From NCBI RefSeq assembly GCF_006345805.1, contig NC_043007.1, positions 62,620,001 to 62,684,000 of the forward strand: 64,000 nt of DNA. Reading direction: 5' to 3'. Origin of the DNA: Octopus sinensis (Eukaryota). The position numbers and the translations under genes are program-made. The notes beneath the pieces are model-generated. The model saw nothing but the letters and a program-made list of their open reading frames with translations. It had not been told where the DNA came from and did no database searches. Shown here one piece after another: positions 62,560 through 64,000 of the stretch (the first letter of the stretch is position 1; each line of letters opens with the position of its first letter).

Positions 62560-63360
62560 AAGCTTAAGTGTATGTATGTGTAGTAGCAGCACCATCATAG
62601 GTGTGGGAGCAGTAATCTATCATGGACCTTGCTAAAGTTTTATAGAGTCAGTAGCTGTTGAGATCTGAAGTTTTCCTGGGTCTGAAGAGAAAGATTTGTC
62701 TTTGGGAGGCAATTTTTTCTAAGATTTTGAATGTAGGATCATCAGTTTAAGATCTATAGCAACTTTGGGATTTTTAGTTGTGTTATTAATGATCAGGTAA
62801 TAGTGGATGAAGATCATACAAGATCGTTTCCTTGTGTGAAGTTACAACATCTTTATGCTGTATAAGGAAACAAAAACTAAAAATATTATCTCCTGGAATG
62901 TTTTCATAGCTTCTCTTCAAAAAGTTAGCATTGTTTTGGTATGATGAGGACACTTGTTTGAAAAAGATTAGGAAGGTGTGAAGGGTATTAATATCTGCAT
63001 AGGAGTAGGTGTCAATGGAAGTACTGGTAGTAGATTGTTGATGTACAGAAGGAAGACTATGGGGTCCATTCCAACAGATGCAGTGTGCGTTAGAGTGAAT
63101 AACATTAGTTCATACTATAGTGCTGTAAACTGAAAGGAATCTTCTACTCCAAGAGTCTAGAGATGTATGGATCCCATAGGTTGGCAGCTTAAATAGGATA
63201 CTAACATGCCAAACAAATTGAAAGGCTTTGCTGATGCTAAGCACAATGACATTGCTTTTATCAAACTTCTCAATGACAAAGAACTATCCTTTGATCTTAT
63301 GTGTTGATGTCGGGACCTGAAAACCTTTTCCTGTCATTCACACATAAGATCAACTGATGG
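62560..63360 (-). mobile_element. Decayed CR1/Jockey-type reverse transcriptase fragment
   Basis: Reverse strand: LSISKAFQFVWH..ILFKLPTYG, FLLYINNLL, YADI. Confidence 0.7.
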
Positions 63361-64000
63361 ATAGTAAAGAAAAGAAAGAAAGAAAATTAAAAACAATGGA
63401 AATGATATCAAATATCCTATATGGAAACAGGACTTCAGATTTGGATCTACAAAAGTCTTTTTGATGGTCACTGAGGAGAGCAATACAAGATGTTAGATCA
63501 GAGGATTGTTAATGACTTTTCCCATCTTTCAAAAGGGATGGGGAAATGCAAGTGATAGTCAACAAGACCAGAGAGGTGGCTCTTCTTTGAAATGAGACAA
63601 ACTGTAACATTTTCCAATATGTATATGTAAAGTCAAGATAGCAGGCTCACAGAATCATTACTGTGCCAGGCGAAATGCTTAATAGCATTTCATGTCTCTA
63701 CGTTCTAAGATCAAATGCCACTGAGGTCAACTTTGCCTTTCATCAGGGTTAATAAAATAAGTACCAGTTGAGTATTGGGGGTCAATGTAATCAACTTAGT
63801 CCCTCCCTTGAAATTGCTAGCCTTGTGTCAAAATTTGAAACCAATATGTATTGGTAAAGTATCAAGCAAAAACAAATTCCTTGTAGTCTTTAGTTACATC
63901 CAGCTTGACTTTACTCTTCCACTTCGAGGGTAGGGGCAGTAAAATCAATGCCAGATACAGTACTGGGGTCAATATAATTGATTAAAAACTTTGAAGGTAA

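Overview
This is AT-rich, microsatellite- and transposon-dense eukaryotic DNA. The repeat landscape (tRNA-headed SINEs ending GACTGAAACAAGTAAAAGA, (GAT)n-tailed RTE retroposons) suggests a coleoid cephalopod, probably Octopus; this is an inference. I can support one host gene: a + strand YIF1-family (YIF1B-like) ER-Golgi membrane trafficking gene. It has 8 well-supported coding exons (16363-49729) and a probable first exon at 16075-16104, about 310 aa in total. The rest is mostly mobile DNA: two RTE LINE lineages, a HERO-like non-LTR element, CR1-type fragments, a near-complete DD34D mariner, a full-length Charlie/SPIN-type hAT, a Tc1 fragment, Penelope-like remnants, several SINE and MITE families, and long fold-back elements. 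There are no rRNA, true tRNA or CRISPR features. I cannot prove a wholly new system. The best leads are: (1) a minimal hammerhead-ribozyme motif at 44667-44701; (2) a splice-phase conflict at the 5' end of YIF1B that creates a 96-codon overlapping alternative ORF; (3) two independent microhomology-flanked templated insertions of nearby DNA into copies of one SINE family; (4) inverted LINE pairs bracketing YIF1B exons; (5) a 40-bp-period motif/spacer array at about 56.1-56.4 kb. All alignments and identities were done by eye.
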